From the NCBI GenBank assembly GCA_964035545.1, contig CAXIUT010000073.1:502564-566563 (forward strand): 64,000 nucleotides of DNA, given 5' to 3'. Below are positions 43,301 through 57,340 of this stretch, in pieces. The notes under the pieces are model-generated. The model searched no databases. It worked only from the letters and a program-made list of their open reading frames with translations, and was not told the DNA's origin. Position 1 is the first letter of the stretch. Each line of letters opens with the position of its first letter. Source of the stretch: Bugula neritina (lineage: Eukaryota > Animalia > Bryozoa). The translations under genes were made by a program, and so were the position numbers.

Positions 43301-46300
43301 ATGTAGTCAACACTTTAGTCCTAACGTCAAATTCAAACGTCTGCAACCAAACTGTGTAGACTTCATGAGCTGGTTAGCTGACAGGACAGATTAAAGTTCT
43401 TAACTCTTGTGTGTATAGTGATGCCCATCTTGAACTAGAGAGGGCTGACTGAAGACTGCTACTTTGTGAAAATTGACAATGCATATTATTATTATTCATT
43501 GTTGAGATTCACGACTGCCATACACAATGATAAAATATTCATTGTTGGTACTACTGAGTAGAATAAAATATAATATAATATTATTTTCTGGAAAGATAAA
43601 TAATATCAAATGCATATTATAACTTACCATAAATCTACAGTGCTTCACATCTTCACCTTTTTCTGCAATGTTATTTCTTTGCAGTTAGAAGTACTAGCTG
43701 AATATATGACTATGAAACATAACCCTTCAATTTCATTGCACCAGCACCAGTTGCAAGATAGGTGTGTTGGGAGTCATCTTTCCTAAAAATTTGTTCTTGG
43801 TGTTTATACGAAGCAGACACAGGCTAATATTAGTTTTGTTATTTGCAAGAGTTTTTCTGTCTGATTGTCCATCAGCAAAAGTTTGCGCCTTGCAGTTATT
43901 ATGGAAATACCAGTGATGCTGGAAGACCTTTGCATTGTACACCCGCCTTGACTATTGAAGTTAGATGTTTTATTTTCCCATCCCCTCTCCCGCCCCCTTG
44001 TCCCCTCTAACAACCGGCCATCCTGACTCATGTGAATTGTGTTATTGTTCTAGAGTTGGCCCATGGGCCTACAGTATACGATTTGAAGCTTTATAGTTTA
44101 CAGGCAGTCGAGATGAGTCACTGCTGAAACCCATTTTATTAGTAGACTATATTGCTCTTCAATCATCAGTTTTCATATTAAAACAGAAAGCTCATCTGCA
44201 GCGCCATTTCACAGTGTTATATTTTGCTAGAGCAATAACTAATTTTAGATGCCTTTGCAAACATATGAGAAATAAATGAGTCATTCTATGAAAAGAGGTG
44301 TTTGCAGCACTTGTCCACTTTTGATTTACACGCGGCATCGAAACTTTTGTAGTTTTAAATAATGTCTCCAAATTCATCACTTGCATGTGTTTAGATACTT
44401 GATGAAAATGTTTATGCAAAATTTGATGCCTGCTTCAAAGACACCAGTGCTTAATTACTGTGTTAACTGTATTGGCACGTTGCCATGAGATATTTGGTAA
44501 TATTTCGCATCACAACAAACTCTTCAGAAAGTTAAGAAAATCAGTCTAGAAAGTTAATGAAATAAACCTACCAGAGAGAGTAAGCCAGATGTAACAAGTA
44601 GATCCAAAACAAGTTGATTAACAATTGAAGTTGAAGTCTCGATGTAGTCAACACTTTAGTCCTAACGTCAAATTCAAACGTCTGCAACCAAACTGTGTAG
44701 ACTTCATGAGCTGGTTAGCTGACAGGACAGATTAAAGTTCTTAACTCTTGTGTGTATAGTGATGCCCATCTTGAACTAGAGAGGGCTGACTGAAGACTGC
44801 TACTTTGTGAAAATTGACAATGCATATTATTATTATTCATTGTTGAGATTCACGACTGCCATAAACAATGATAAAATATTCATTGTTGGTACTACTGAGT
44901 AGAATAAAATATAATATAATATTGTTTTCTGGACAGAAAAGTAATATCAAATGCATATTATAACTTACCATAAATCTACAGTGCTTCACATCTTCACCTT
45001 TTCCTGCAATTTTATTTCTTTGCAGTTAGAAGTAGTAGCTGAATATATGACGATGAAACATAACCCTTCAATTTCATTGCACCAGCACCAGTTGCAAGAT
45101 AGGTGTGTTGGGAGTTATCTTTCCTAAAAATTTGTTCTTGGTGTTTATACGAAGCAGACACAGGCTAATATTAGTTTTGTTATTTGCAAGATTTTTTCTG
45201 TCTGATTGTCCATCAGCAAAAGTTTGCGCCTTGCAGTTATTATGGAAATACCAGTGATGCTGGAAGACCTTTGCATTGTACACCCGCCTTTACTATTGAA
45301 TTTAGATATTTTATTTTCCCATCCCCTCTCCTGCCCCCCTGTCCCCTCTAACAACCAGCAATCCTGACTCATGTGAATTGTGTTATTGTTCTAGAGTTGG
45401 CCCATGGGCCTACAGTATACGATTTGAAGCTTTATAGTTTACAGGCAGTCGAGATGAGTCACTGCTGAAACCCATTTTATTAGTAGACTATATTGCTCTT
45501 CAATCATCAGTTTTCATATTAAAACAGAAAGCTCATCTGCAGCGCCATTTCACAGTGTTATATTTTGCTAGAGCAATAACTAATTTTAGATGCCTTTGCA
45601 AACATATGAGAAATAAATGAGTCATTCTATGAAAAGAGGTGTTTGCAGCAATTGTCCACTTTTGATTTACAAGCGGCATCGAAACTTTTGTAGTTTTAAA
45701 TAATATCTCCAAACTCATCACTTGCATGTATTTAGATACTTGATAAACTTTTTTATGCAAAACTTGATGCCTGCTTCAAAGACACCAGTGCTTAATTACT
45801 GTGTTAACTGTATTGGCATGTTGCCATGAGATATTTGGTAATATTTCGCATCACAACAAACTCTTCAGAAAGTTGAGAAAATCAGTCTAGAAAGTTAATG
45901 AAATAAACCTACCAGAGAGAGGAAGCCAGATGTAACAAGTAGATCCAAAACAAGTTGATTAACAATTGAAGTTGAAATCTCCATGTAGTCAACACTTTAG
46001 TCCTAATGTCAAATGCAAGCGCCTGCAACCAAACTGTGTAGACTTCATGAGCTGGTTAGCTGACAGGACTCATTAAAGTTCTTAACTCTTGTGTGTATAG
46101 TGATGCCCATCTTGAACTAGAGAGGGGTGACTGAAGACTGCTACTTTGTGAAAATTGACAATGCATATTATTATTATTCATTGTTGAGATTCACGACTGC
46201 CATAAACAATGATAAAATATTCATTGTTGGTACTACTGAGTAGAATAAAATATAATATAATATTATTTTCTGGACAGACAAATAATATCAAATGCATATT

Positions 46301-49300
46301 ATAACTTACCATAAATCTACAGTGCTTCACATCTTCACCTTTTTCTGCAATGTTATTTCTTTGCAGTTAGAAGTACTAGCTGAATATATGACTATGAAAC
46401 ATAACCCTTCAATTTCATTGCACCAGCACCAGTTGCAAGATAGGTGTGTTGGGAGTTATCTTTCCCAAAACTTTGTTCTTGGTGTTTATACGAAGCAGAC
46501 ACAGGCTAATATTAGTTTTGTTATTTGCAAGAGTATTTCTGTCTGATTGTCCATCGGCAAAAGTTTGCGCCTTGCAGTTATTATGGAAATACCAGTGATG
46601 CTGGAAGACCTTTGCATTGTACACCCGCCTTTACTATTGAATTTAGATGTTTTATTTTCCCATCCCCTCTCCTGCCCCCCTGTCCCCTCTAACAACCAGC
46701 AATCCTGACTCATGTGAATTGTGTTATTGTTCTAGAGTTGGCCCATGGGCCCACAGTATACGATTTGAAGCTTTATAGTTTACAGGCAGTCGAGATGAGT
46801 CACTGCTGAAACCCATTTTATTAGTAGACTATATTGCTCTTCAATAATCAGTTTTCATATTAAAAGAGAAAGCTCATCTGCAGCGCCATTTCACAGTGTT
46901 ATGTTTTGCTAGAGCAATAACTACTTTTAGATGCCTTTGCAAACATATGAGAAATAAATGAGTCATTCTATGAAAAGAGGTGTTTGCAGCACTTGTCCAC
47001 TTTTGATTTTCATGCGGCATGGAAACTTTTGTAGTTTTAAATAATGTCTCCAAATTCATCACTTGCATGTGTTTAGATACTTGATGAAAATTTTTATGCA
47101 AAACTTGATGCCTGCTTCAAAGACACCAGTGCTTAATTACTGTGTTAACTGTATTGGCACGTTGCCATGAGATATTTGGTAATATTTCGCATCACAACAA
47201 ACTCTTCAGAAAGTTGAGAAAATCAGTCTAGAAAGTTAATGAAATAAACCTACCAGAGAGAGTAAGCTAGATGTAACAAGTAGATCCAAAACAAGTTGAT
47301 AAACAATTGAAGTTGAAGTCTCCATGTAGTCAACACGTTAGTCCTAATGTCAAATGCAAACGTCTGCAACCAAACTGTGTAGACTTCATAAGCTGGTTAG
47401 CTGACAGGAGAGATTAAAGTTCTTAACTCTTGTGTGTATAGTGATGCCCATCTTGAACTAGAGATGGCTGACTGAAGACTGCTACTTTGTGAAAATTGAC
47501 AATGCATATTATTATTATTCATTGTTGAGATTCACGACTGCCATAAACAATGATAAAATATTCATTGTTGGTACTACTGAGTAGAATAAAATATAATATA
47601 ATATTATTTTCTGGACAGATAAATAATATCAAATGCATATTATAACTTACCATAAATCTACAGTGCTTCACATCTTCACCTTTTTCTGCAATGTTATTTC
47701 TTTGCAGTTAGAAGTACTAGCTGAATATATGACTATGAAACATAACCCTTCAATTTCATTGCACCAGCACCAGTTGCAAGATAGGTGTATTGAGAGTTAT
47801 CTTTCCCAAAATTTTGTTCTTGGTGTTTATACGAAGCAGACACAGGCTAATATTAGTTTTGTTATTTGCAAGAGTTTTTCTGTCTGATTGTCCATCAGCA
47901 AAAGTTTGCGCCTTGCAGTTATTATGGAAATACCAGTGATGCTGGAAGACCTTTGCATTGTACACCCGCCTTTACTATTGAATTTAGATATTTTATTTTC
48001 CCATCCCCTCTCCTGCCCCCCTGTCCCCTCTAACAACCAGCAATCCTGACTCATGTGAATTGTGTTATTGTTCTAGAGTTGGCCCATGGGCCTACAGTAT
48101 ACGATTTGAAACTTTATAGTTTACAGGCAGTAGAGATGAGTCACTGCTGAAACTCATTTTATTAGTAGACTATATTGCTCTTCAATAATCAGTTTTCATA
48201 TTAAAAGAGAAAGCTCATCTGCAGCGCCATTTCACAGTGTTATGTTTTGCTAGAGCAATAACTACTTTTAGATGCCTTTGCAAACATATGAGAAATAAAT
48301 GAGTCATTCTATGAAAAGAGGTGTTTGCAGCACTTGTCCACTTTTGATTTACATGCGGCATGGAAACTTTTGTAGTTTTAAATAATGTCTCCAAATTCAT
48401 CACTTGCATGTGTTTAGATACTTGATGAAAATTTTTATGCAAAACTTGATGCCTGCTTCAAAGACACCAGTGCTTAATTACTGTGTTAACTGTATTGGCA
48501 CGTTGCCATGAGATATTTGGTAATATTTCGCATCACAACAAACTCTTCAGAAAGTTGAGAAAATCAGTCTAGAAAGTTAATGAAATAAACCTACCAGAGA
48601 GAGGAAGCCAGATGTAACAAGTAGATCCAAAACAAGTTGATAAACAATTGAAGTTGAAGTCTCCATGTAGTCAACACTTTAGTCCTAACGTCAAATTCAA
48701 ACGTCTGCAACCAAACTGTGTAGACTTCATGAGCTGGTTAGCTGACAGGACAGATTAAAGTTCTTAACTCTTGTGTGTATAGTGATGCCCATCTTGAACT
48801 AGAGAGGGCTGACTGAAGACTGCTACTTTGTGAAAATTGACAATGCATATTATTATTATTCATTGTTGAGATTCACGACTGCCATACACAATGATAAAAT
48901 ATTCATTGTTGGTACTACTGAGTAGAATAAAATATAATATAATATTATTTTCTGGAAAGATAAATAATATCAAATGCATATTATAACTTACCATAAATCT
49001 ACAGTGCTTCACATCTTCACCTTTTTCTGCAATGTTATTTCTTTGCAGTTAGAAGTACTAGCTGAATATATGACTATGAAACATAACCCTTCAATTTCAT
49101 TGCACCAGCACCAGTTGCAAGATAGGTGTGTTGGGAGTCATCTTTCCTAAAAATTTGTTCTTGGTGTTTATACGAAGCAGACACAGGCTAATATTAGTTT
49201 TGTTATTTGCAAGAGTTTTTCTGTCTGATTGTCCATCAGCAAAAGTTTGCGCCTTGCAGTTATTATGGAAATACCAGTGATGCTGGAAGACCTTTGCATT

Positions 49301-52300
49301 GTACACCCGCCTTGACTATTGAAGTTAGATGTTTTATTTTCCCATCCCCTCTCCCGCCCCCTTGTCCCCTCTAACAACCGGCAATCCTGACTCATGTGAA
49401 TTGTGTTATTGTTCTAGAGTTGGCCCATGGGCCTACAGTATACGATTTGAAGCTTTATAGTTTACAGGCAGTCGAGATGAGTCACTGCTGAAACCCATTT
49501 TATTAGTAGACTATATTGCTCTTCAATCATCAGTTTTCATATTAAAACAGAAAGCTCATCTGCAGCGCCATTTCACAGTGTTATATTTTGCTAGAGCAAT
49601 AACTAATTTTAGATGCCTTTGCAAACATATGAGAAATAAATGAGTCATTCTATGAAAAGAGGTGTTTGCAGCAATTGTCCACTTTTGATTTACAAGCGGC
49701 ATCGAAACTTTTGTAGTTTTAAATAATATCTCCAAACTCATCACTTGCATGTATTTAGATACTTGATAAACTTTTTTATGCAAAACTTGATGCCTGCTTC
49801 AAAGACACCAGTGCTTAATTACTGTGTTAACTGTATTGGCATGTTGCCATGAGATATTTGGTAATATTTCGCATCACAACAAACTCTTCAGAAAGTTGAG
49901 AAAATCAGTCTAGAAAGTTAATGAAATAAACCTACCAGAGAGAGGAAGCCAGATGTAACAAGTAGATCCAAAACAAGTTGATTAACAATTGAAGTTGAAA
50001 TCTCCATGTAGTCAACACTTTAGTCCTAATGTCAAATGCAAGCGCCTGCAACCAAACTGTGTAGACTTCATGAGCTGGTTAGCTGACAGGACTCATTAAA
50101 GTTCTTAACTCTTGTGTGTATAGTGATGCCCATCTTGAACTAGAGAGGGGTGACTGAAGACTGCTACTTTGTGAAAATTGACAATGCATATTATTATTAT
50201 TCATTGTTGAGATTCACGACTGCCATAAACAATGATAAAATATTCATTGTTGGTACTACTGAGTAGAATAAAATATAATATAATATTATTTTCTGGACAG
50301 ACAAATAATATCAAATGCATATTATAACTTACCATAAATCTACAGTGCTTCACATCTTCACCTTTTTCTGCAATGTTATTTCTTTGCAGTTAGAAGTACT
50401 AGCTGAATATATGACTATGAAACATAACCCTTCAATTTCATTGCACCAGCACCAGTTGCAAGATAGGTGTGTTGGGAGTTATCTTTCCCAAAACTTTGTT
50501 CTTGGTGTTTATACGAAGCAGACACAGGCTAATATTAGTTTTGTTATTTGCAAGAGTATTTCTGTCTGATTGTCCATCGGCAAAAGTTTGCGCCTTGCAG
50601 TTATTATGGAAATACCAGTGATGCTGGAAGACCTTTGCATTGTACACCCGCCTTTACTATTGAATTTAGATGTTTTATTTTCCCATCCCCTCTCCTGCCC
50701 CCCTGTCCCCTCTAACAACCAGCAATCCTGACTCATGTGAATTGTGTTATTGTTCTAGAGTTGGCCCATGGGCCCACAGTATACGATTTGAAGCTTTATA
50801 GTTTACAGGCAGTCGAGATGAGTCACTGCTGAAACCCATTTTATTAGTAGACTATATTGCTCTTCAATAATCAGTTTTCATATTAAAAGAGAAAGCTCAT
50901 CTGCAGCGCCATTTCACAGTGTTATGTTTTGCTAGAGCAATAACTACTTTTAGATGCCTTTGCAAACATATGAGAAATAAATGAGTCATTCTATGAAAAG
51001 AGGTGTTTGCAGCACTTGTCCACTTTTGATTTTCATGCGGCATGGAAACTTTTGTAGTTTTAAATAATGTCTCCAAATTCATCACTTGCATGTGTTTAGA
51101 TACTTGATGAAAATTTTTATGCAAAACTTGATGCCTGCTTCAAAGACACCAGTGCTTAATTACTGTGTTAACTGTATTGGCACGTTGCCATGAGATATTT
51201 CGTAATATTTCGCATCACAACAAACTCTTCAGAAAGTTGAGAAAATCAGTCTAGAAAGTTAATGAAATAAACCTACCAGAGAGAGTAAGCTAGATGTAAC
51301 AAGTAGATCCAAAACAAGTTGATAAACAATTGAAGTTGAAGTCTCCATGTAGTCAACACGTTAGTCCTAATGTCAAATGCAAACGTCTGCAACCAAACTG
51401 TGTAGACTTCATAAGCTGGTTAGCTGACAGGAGAGATTAAAGTTCTTAACTCTTGTGTGTATAGTGATGCCCATCTTGAACTAGAGATGGCTGACTGAAG
51501 ACTGCTACTTTGTGAAAATTGACAATGCATATTATTATTATTCATTGTTGAGATTCACGACTGCCATAAACAATGATAAAATATTCATTGTTGGTACTAC
51601 TGAGTAGAATAAAATATAATATAATATTATTTTCTGGACAGATAAATAATATCAAATGCATATTATAACTTACCATAAATCTACAGTGCTTCACATCTTC
51701 ACCTTTTTCTGCAATGTTATTTCTTTGCAGTTAGAAGTACTAGCTGAATATATGACTATGAAACATAACCCTTCAATTTCATTGCACCAGCACCAGTTGC
51801 AAGATAGGTGTATTGAGAGTTATCTTTCCCAAAATTTTGTTCTTGGTGTTTATACGAAGCAGACACAGGCTAATATTAGTTTTGTTATTTGCAAGAGTTT
51901 TTCTGTCTGATTGTCCATCAGCAAAAGTTTGCGCCTTGCAGTTATTATGGAAATACCAGTGATGCTGGAAGACCTTTGCATTGTACACCCGCCTTTACTA
52001 TTGAATTTAGATATTTTATTTTCCCATCCCCTCTCCTGCCCCCCTGTCCCCTCTAACAACCAGCAATCCTGACTCATGTGAATTGTGTTATTGTTCTAGA
52101 GTTGGCCCATGGGCCTACAGTATACGATTTGAAACTTTATAGTTTACAGGCAGTAGAGATGAGTCACTGCTGAAACTCATTTTATTAGTAGACTATATTG
52201 CTCTTCAATAATCAGTTTTCATATTAAAAGAGAAAGCTCATCTGCAGCGCCATTTCACAGTGTTATGTTTTGCTAGAGCAATAACTACTTTTAGATGCCT

Positions 52301-55300
52301 TTGCAAACATATGAGAAATAAATGAGTCATTCTATGAAAAGAGGTGTTTGCAGCACTTGTCCACTTTTGATTTACATGCGGCATGGAAACTTTTGTAGTT
52401 TTAAATAATGTCTCCAAATTCATCACTTGCATGTGTTTAGATACTTGATGAAAATTTTTATGCAAAACTTGATGCCTGCTTCAAAGACACCAGTGCTTAA
52501 TTACTGTGTTAACTGTATTGGCACGTTGCCATGAGATATTTGGTAATATTTCGCATCACAACAAACTCTTCAGAAAGTTGAGAAAATCAGTCTAGAAAGT
52601 TAATGAAATAAACCTACCAGAGAGAGGAAGCCAGATGTAACAAGTAGATCCAAAACAAGTTGATAAACAATTGAAGTTGAAGTCTCCATGTAGTCAACAC
52701 TTTAGTCCTAACGTCAAATTCAAACGTCTGCAACCAAACTGTGTAGACTTCATGAGCTGGTTAGCTGACAGGACAGATTAAAGTTCTTAACTCTTGTGTG
52801 TATAGTGATGCCCATCTTGAACTAGAGAGGGCTGACTGAAGACTGCTACTTTGTGAAAATTGACAATGCATATTATTATTATTCATTGTTGAGATTCACG
52901 ACTGCCATACACAATGATAAAATATTCATTGTTGGTACTACTGAGTAGAATAAAATATAATATAATATTATTTTCTGGAAAGATAAATAATATCAAATGC
53001 ATATTATAACTTACCATAAATCTACAGTGCTTCACATCTTCACCTTTTTCTGCAATGTTATTTCTTTGCAGTTAGAAGTACTAGCTGAATATATGACTAT
53101 GAAACATAACCCTTCAATTTCATTGCACCAGCACCAGTTGCAAGATAGGTGTGTTGGGAGTCATCTTTCCTAAAAATTTGTTCTTGGTGTTTATACGAAG
53201 CAGACACAGGCTAATATTAGTTTTGTTATTTGCAAGAGTTTTTCTGTCTGATTGTCCATCAGCAAAAGTTTGCGCCTTGCAGTTATTATGGAAATACCAG
53301 TGATGCTGGAAGACCTTTGCATTGTACACCCGCCTTGACTATTGAAGTTAGATGTTTTATTTTCCCATCCCCTCTCCCGCCCCCTTGTCCCCTCTAACAA
53401 CCGGCAATCCTGACTCATGTGAATTGTGTTATTGTTCTAGAGTTGGCCCATGGGCCTACAGTATACGATTTGAAGCTTTATAGTTTACAGGCAGTCGAGA
53501 TGAGTCACTGCTGAAACCCATTTTATTAGTAGACTATATTGCTCTTCAATCATCAGTTTTCATATTAAAACAGAAAGCTCATCTGCAGCGCCATTTCACA
53601 GTGTTATATTTTGCTAGAGCAATAACTAATTTTAGATGCCTTTGCAAACATATGAGAAATAAATGAGTCATTCTATGAAAAGAGGTGTTTGCAGCACTTG
53701 TCCACTTTTGATTTACACGCGGCATCGAAACTTTTGTAGTTTTAAATAATGTCTCCAAATTCATCACTTGCATGTGTTTAGATACTTGATGAAAATGTTT
53801 ATGCAAAATTTGATGCCTGCTTCAAAGACACCAGTGCTTAATTACTGTGTTAACTGTATTGGCACGTTGCCATGAGATATTTGGTAATATTTCGCATCAC
53901 AACAAACTCTTCAGAAAGTTAAGAAAATCAGTCTAGAAAGTTAATGAAATAAACCTACCAGAGAGAGTAAGCCAGATGTAACAAGTAGATCCAAAACAAG
54001 TTGATTAACAATTGAAGTTGAAGTCTCGATGTAGTCAACACTTTAGTCCTAACGTCAAATTCAAACGTCTGCAACCAAACTGTGTAGACTTCATGAGCTG
54101 GTTAGCTGACAGGACAGATTAAAGTTCTTAACTCTTGTGTGTATAGTGATGCCCATCTTGAACTAGAGAGGGCTGACTGAAGACTGCTACTTTGTGAAAA
54201 TTGACAATGCATATTATTATTATTCATTGTTGAGATTCACGACTGCCATAAACAATGATAAAATATTCATTGTTGGTACTACTGAGTAGAATAAAATATA
54301 ATATAATATTGTTTTCTGGACAGAAAAGTAATATCAAATGCATATTATAACTTACCATAAATCTACAGTGCTTCACATCTTCACCTTTTCCTGCAATTTT
54401 ATTTCTTTGCAGTTAGAAGTAGTAGCTGAATATATGACGATGAAACATAACCCTTCAATTTCATTGCACCAGCACCAGTTGCAAGATAGGTGTGTTGGGA
54501 GTTATCTTTCCTAAAAATTTGTTCTTGGTGTTTATACGAAGCAGACACAGGCTAATATTAGTTTTGTTATTTGCAAGAGTTTTTCTGTCTGATTGTCCAT
54601 CAGCAAAAGTTTGCGCCTTGCAGTTATTATGGAAATACCAGTGATGCTGGAAGACCTTTGCATTGTACACCCGCCTTTACTATTGAATTTAGATATTTTA
54701 TTTTCCCATCCCCTCTCCTGCCCCCCTGTCCCCTCTAACAACCAGCAATCCTGACTCATGTGAATTGTGTTATTGTTCTAGAGTTGGCCCATGGGCCTAC
54801 AGTATACGATTTGAAGCTTTATAGTTTACAGGCAGTCGAGATGAGTCACTGCTGAAACCCATTTTATTAGTAGACTATATTGCTCTTCAATCATCAGTTT
54901 TCATATTAAAACAGAAAGCTCATCTGCAGCGCCATTTCACAGTGTTATATTTTGCTAGAGCAATAACTAATTTTAGATGCCTTTGCAAACATATGAGAAA
55001 TAAATGAGTCATTCTATGAAAAGAGGTGTTTGCAGCAATTGTCCACTTTTGATTTACAAGCGGCATCGAAACTTTTGTAGTTTTAAACAATATCTCCAAA
55101 CTCATCACTTGCATGTATTTAGATACTTGATAAACTTTTTTATGCAAAACTTGATGCCTGCTTCAAAGACACCAGTGCTTAATTACTGTGTTAACTGTAT
55201 TGGCATGTTGCCATGAGATATTTGGTAATATTTCGCATCACAACAAACTCTTCAGAAAGTTGAGAAAATCAGTCTAGAAAGTTAATGAAATAAACCTACC

Positions 55301-56379
55301 AGAGAGAGGAAGCCAGATGTAACAAGTAGATCCAAAACAAGTTGATTAACAATTGAAGTTGAAATCTCCATGTAGTCAACACTTTAGTCCTAATGTCAAA
55401 TGCAAGCGCCTGCAACCAAACTGTGTAGACTTCATGAGCTGGTTAGCTGACAGGACTCATTAAAGTTCTTAACTCTTGTGTGTATAGTGATGCCCATCTT
55501 GAACTAGAGAGGGGTGACTGAAGACTGCTACTTTGTGAAAATTGACAATGCATATTATTATTATTCATTGTTGAGATTCACGACTGCCATAAACAATGAT
55601 AAAATATTCATTGTTGGTACTACTGAGTAGAATAAAATATAATATAATATTATTTTCTGGACAGACAAATAATATCAAATGCATATTATAACTTACCATA
55701 AATCTACAGTGCTTCACATCTTCACCTTTTTCTGCAATGTTATTTCTTTGCAGTTAGAAGTACTAGCTGAATATATGACTATGAAACATAACCCTTCAAT
55801 TTCATTGCACCAGCACCAGTTGCAAGATAGGTGTGTTGGGAGTTATCTTTCCCAAAACTTTGTTCTTGGTGTTTATACGAAGCAGACACAGGCTAATATT
55901 AGTTTTGTTATTTGCAAGAGTATTTCTGTCTGATTGTCCATCGGCAAAAGTTTGCGCCTTGCAGTTATTATGGAAATACCAGTGATGCTGGAAGACCTTT
56001 GCATTGTACACCCGCCTTTACTATTGAATTTAGATGTTTTATTTTCCCATCCCCTCTCCTGCCCCCCTGTCCCCTCTAACAACCAGCAATCCTGACTCAT
56101 GTGAATTGCGTTATTGTTCTAGAGTTGGCCCATGGGCCCACAGTATACGATTTGAAGCTTTATAGTTTACAGGCAGTCGAGATGGGTCACTGCTGAAACC
56201 CATTTTATTAGTAGACTATATTGCTCTTCAATAATCAGTTTTCATATTAAAAGAGAAAGCTCATCTGCAGCGCCATTTCACAGTGTTATGTTTTGCTAGA
56301 GCAATAACTACTTTTAGATGCCTTTGCAAACATATGAGAAATAAATGAGTCATTCTATGAAAAGAGGTGTTTGCAGCAT

Positions 56380-57159
56380 TTATTTTTTGAATCAAAAGAT
56401 TTGAACTCCCATTTGGAAGCTATAAATCAAGATCTAAACTCTCTGTCAATTTGGTGCAATAAAAACAAACTCACTATAAACTATGAAAAATGCAACTATA
56501 TTGTTTTAAAAAACTACCAAAATCCTTTTCAAATTCTAGAAAACTGTATATTATTAAATAAAAGACCTATAAATTACTCTAACAGCATAACTTTTCTAGG
56601 TGTACAAATAGATAAAAATTTAAATTGGAGCTTGCACATCTCAAACCTACTTACAAAATTACGACCACTTAGTGGATTAATATACCGATGTTCTGAATAT
56701 CTCCCTCAAAAAATTTTACTTTTGATATATAATTCTTTCATCAATTCCAAGTTAAATTATTGTGCAGAGGCCTGGGGAAATGCAGCTAATACCCATCTAA
56801 ACAAGATTTTTATTTTTCAAAAAAAGGTAATGCGTATCATGAACAAAAAACCGTTTGACCATCCATCAGCGCCTCTATTTACTAAGCATAAAGTTCTCTC
56901 AATATACCAGATTTACCGTTTTAAAGTGTTAAAGAAAGCTCATTCTTTTTTCTACTCTGACAATTTTTTTCCCACTCACTCTATCAATACACGTCAATCA
57001 TTCATAAATCTCCCCCTTCCTCACTCTCAAACAGCAGCAGGTCACAGAAGAAACTGTTATCAGGAGGTGGCACTATGGAATGAACTGCCAATCCCTTTAC
57101 GGTCAATTAGCAACCCTAATGAATTTGGGAGGAAGTTGAGGCTTTATCTGTTAGAATAG
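56380..57159 (+). pseudogene. LINE ORF2 fragment: end of reverse transcriptase domain, thumb and C-terminal region (truncated just after the catalytic [Y/F]ADD motif)
   Basis: Motifs typical of non-LTR RTs: 'INQDLNSLSIWCNKNKLTINYEKC', 'FLGVQIDKNLNWSLHI', 'IYNSFINSKLNYCAEAWG', 'QKKVMRI', 'LWNELP'. The frame is open to TAG at 57157-57159. The track's TTG start at 56371 lies in satellite DNA and is not a true start. Confidence 0.92.
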
Positions 57160-57208
57160 TTGTATTTTTTTTGTATTTTTCTGGATAGAGTCGCTGTCAG
57201 CTCGTGTT

Positions 57209-57305
57209 GGCCCGCGCATGACTAGCTAGGCTATAGCGCAATGGGCCTCATCATCGCCTCCTTGGCATTTTCTAATGTCCTTGTGTTATTAAATACCTTT
57301 GATGA
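57209..57305 (+). other. LINE 3' UTR predicted stem-loops (candidate RT recognition structure)
   Basis: GGCCC (57209-13) pairs with GGGCC (57243-47), with inner GCGC/GCGC and TAGC/GCTA pairings. TCATCA (57248-53) pairs with TGATGA (57300-05) immediately before AATAAA. Conserved 3' stem-loops are established for L2/CR1-type LINEs. Confidence 0.6.
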
Positions 57306-57340
57306 AATAAACCAAACAAACAAACAAACAAACAAACAAA
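57306..57340 (+). repeat. AATAAA signal followed by (CAAA)7 microsatellite 3' tail of the LINE
   Basis: AATAAA at 57306-57311 and seven perfect CAAA units at 57313-57340. Confidence 0.95.

Larger units (their letters stand above)
56379..57340 (+). mobile_element. 5'-truncated non-LTR retrotransposon (LINE), CR1/L2 group (L2/Crack/Daphne-like), 962 bp, no TSD
   Basis: It interrupts monomer 43 between GTTTGCAGCA and CTTGTCCACT, which are contiguous in other copies. The period shifts by exactly 962 (55679 to 57982 = 1341+962). It encodes an RT C-terminal/thumb region and ends in AATAAA plus (CAAA)7. The boundary is ambiguous by 1 nt (shared A). Confidence 0.95.

Noticed and set aside
55004-55216. 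70-aa plus-strand ORF (also 62671-62883)
   Set aside because: It is created by chance loss of stop codons in the divergent patch plus a private TAA>CAA change. It is useful only as a lineage marker.
56371-56379. TTG start giving a 262-aa satellite-LINE fusion protein
   Set aside because: The non-ATG start is supplied by satellite DNA. The fragment lacks the endonuclease and the RT catalytic core, so it cannot be a functional ORF2.
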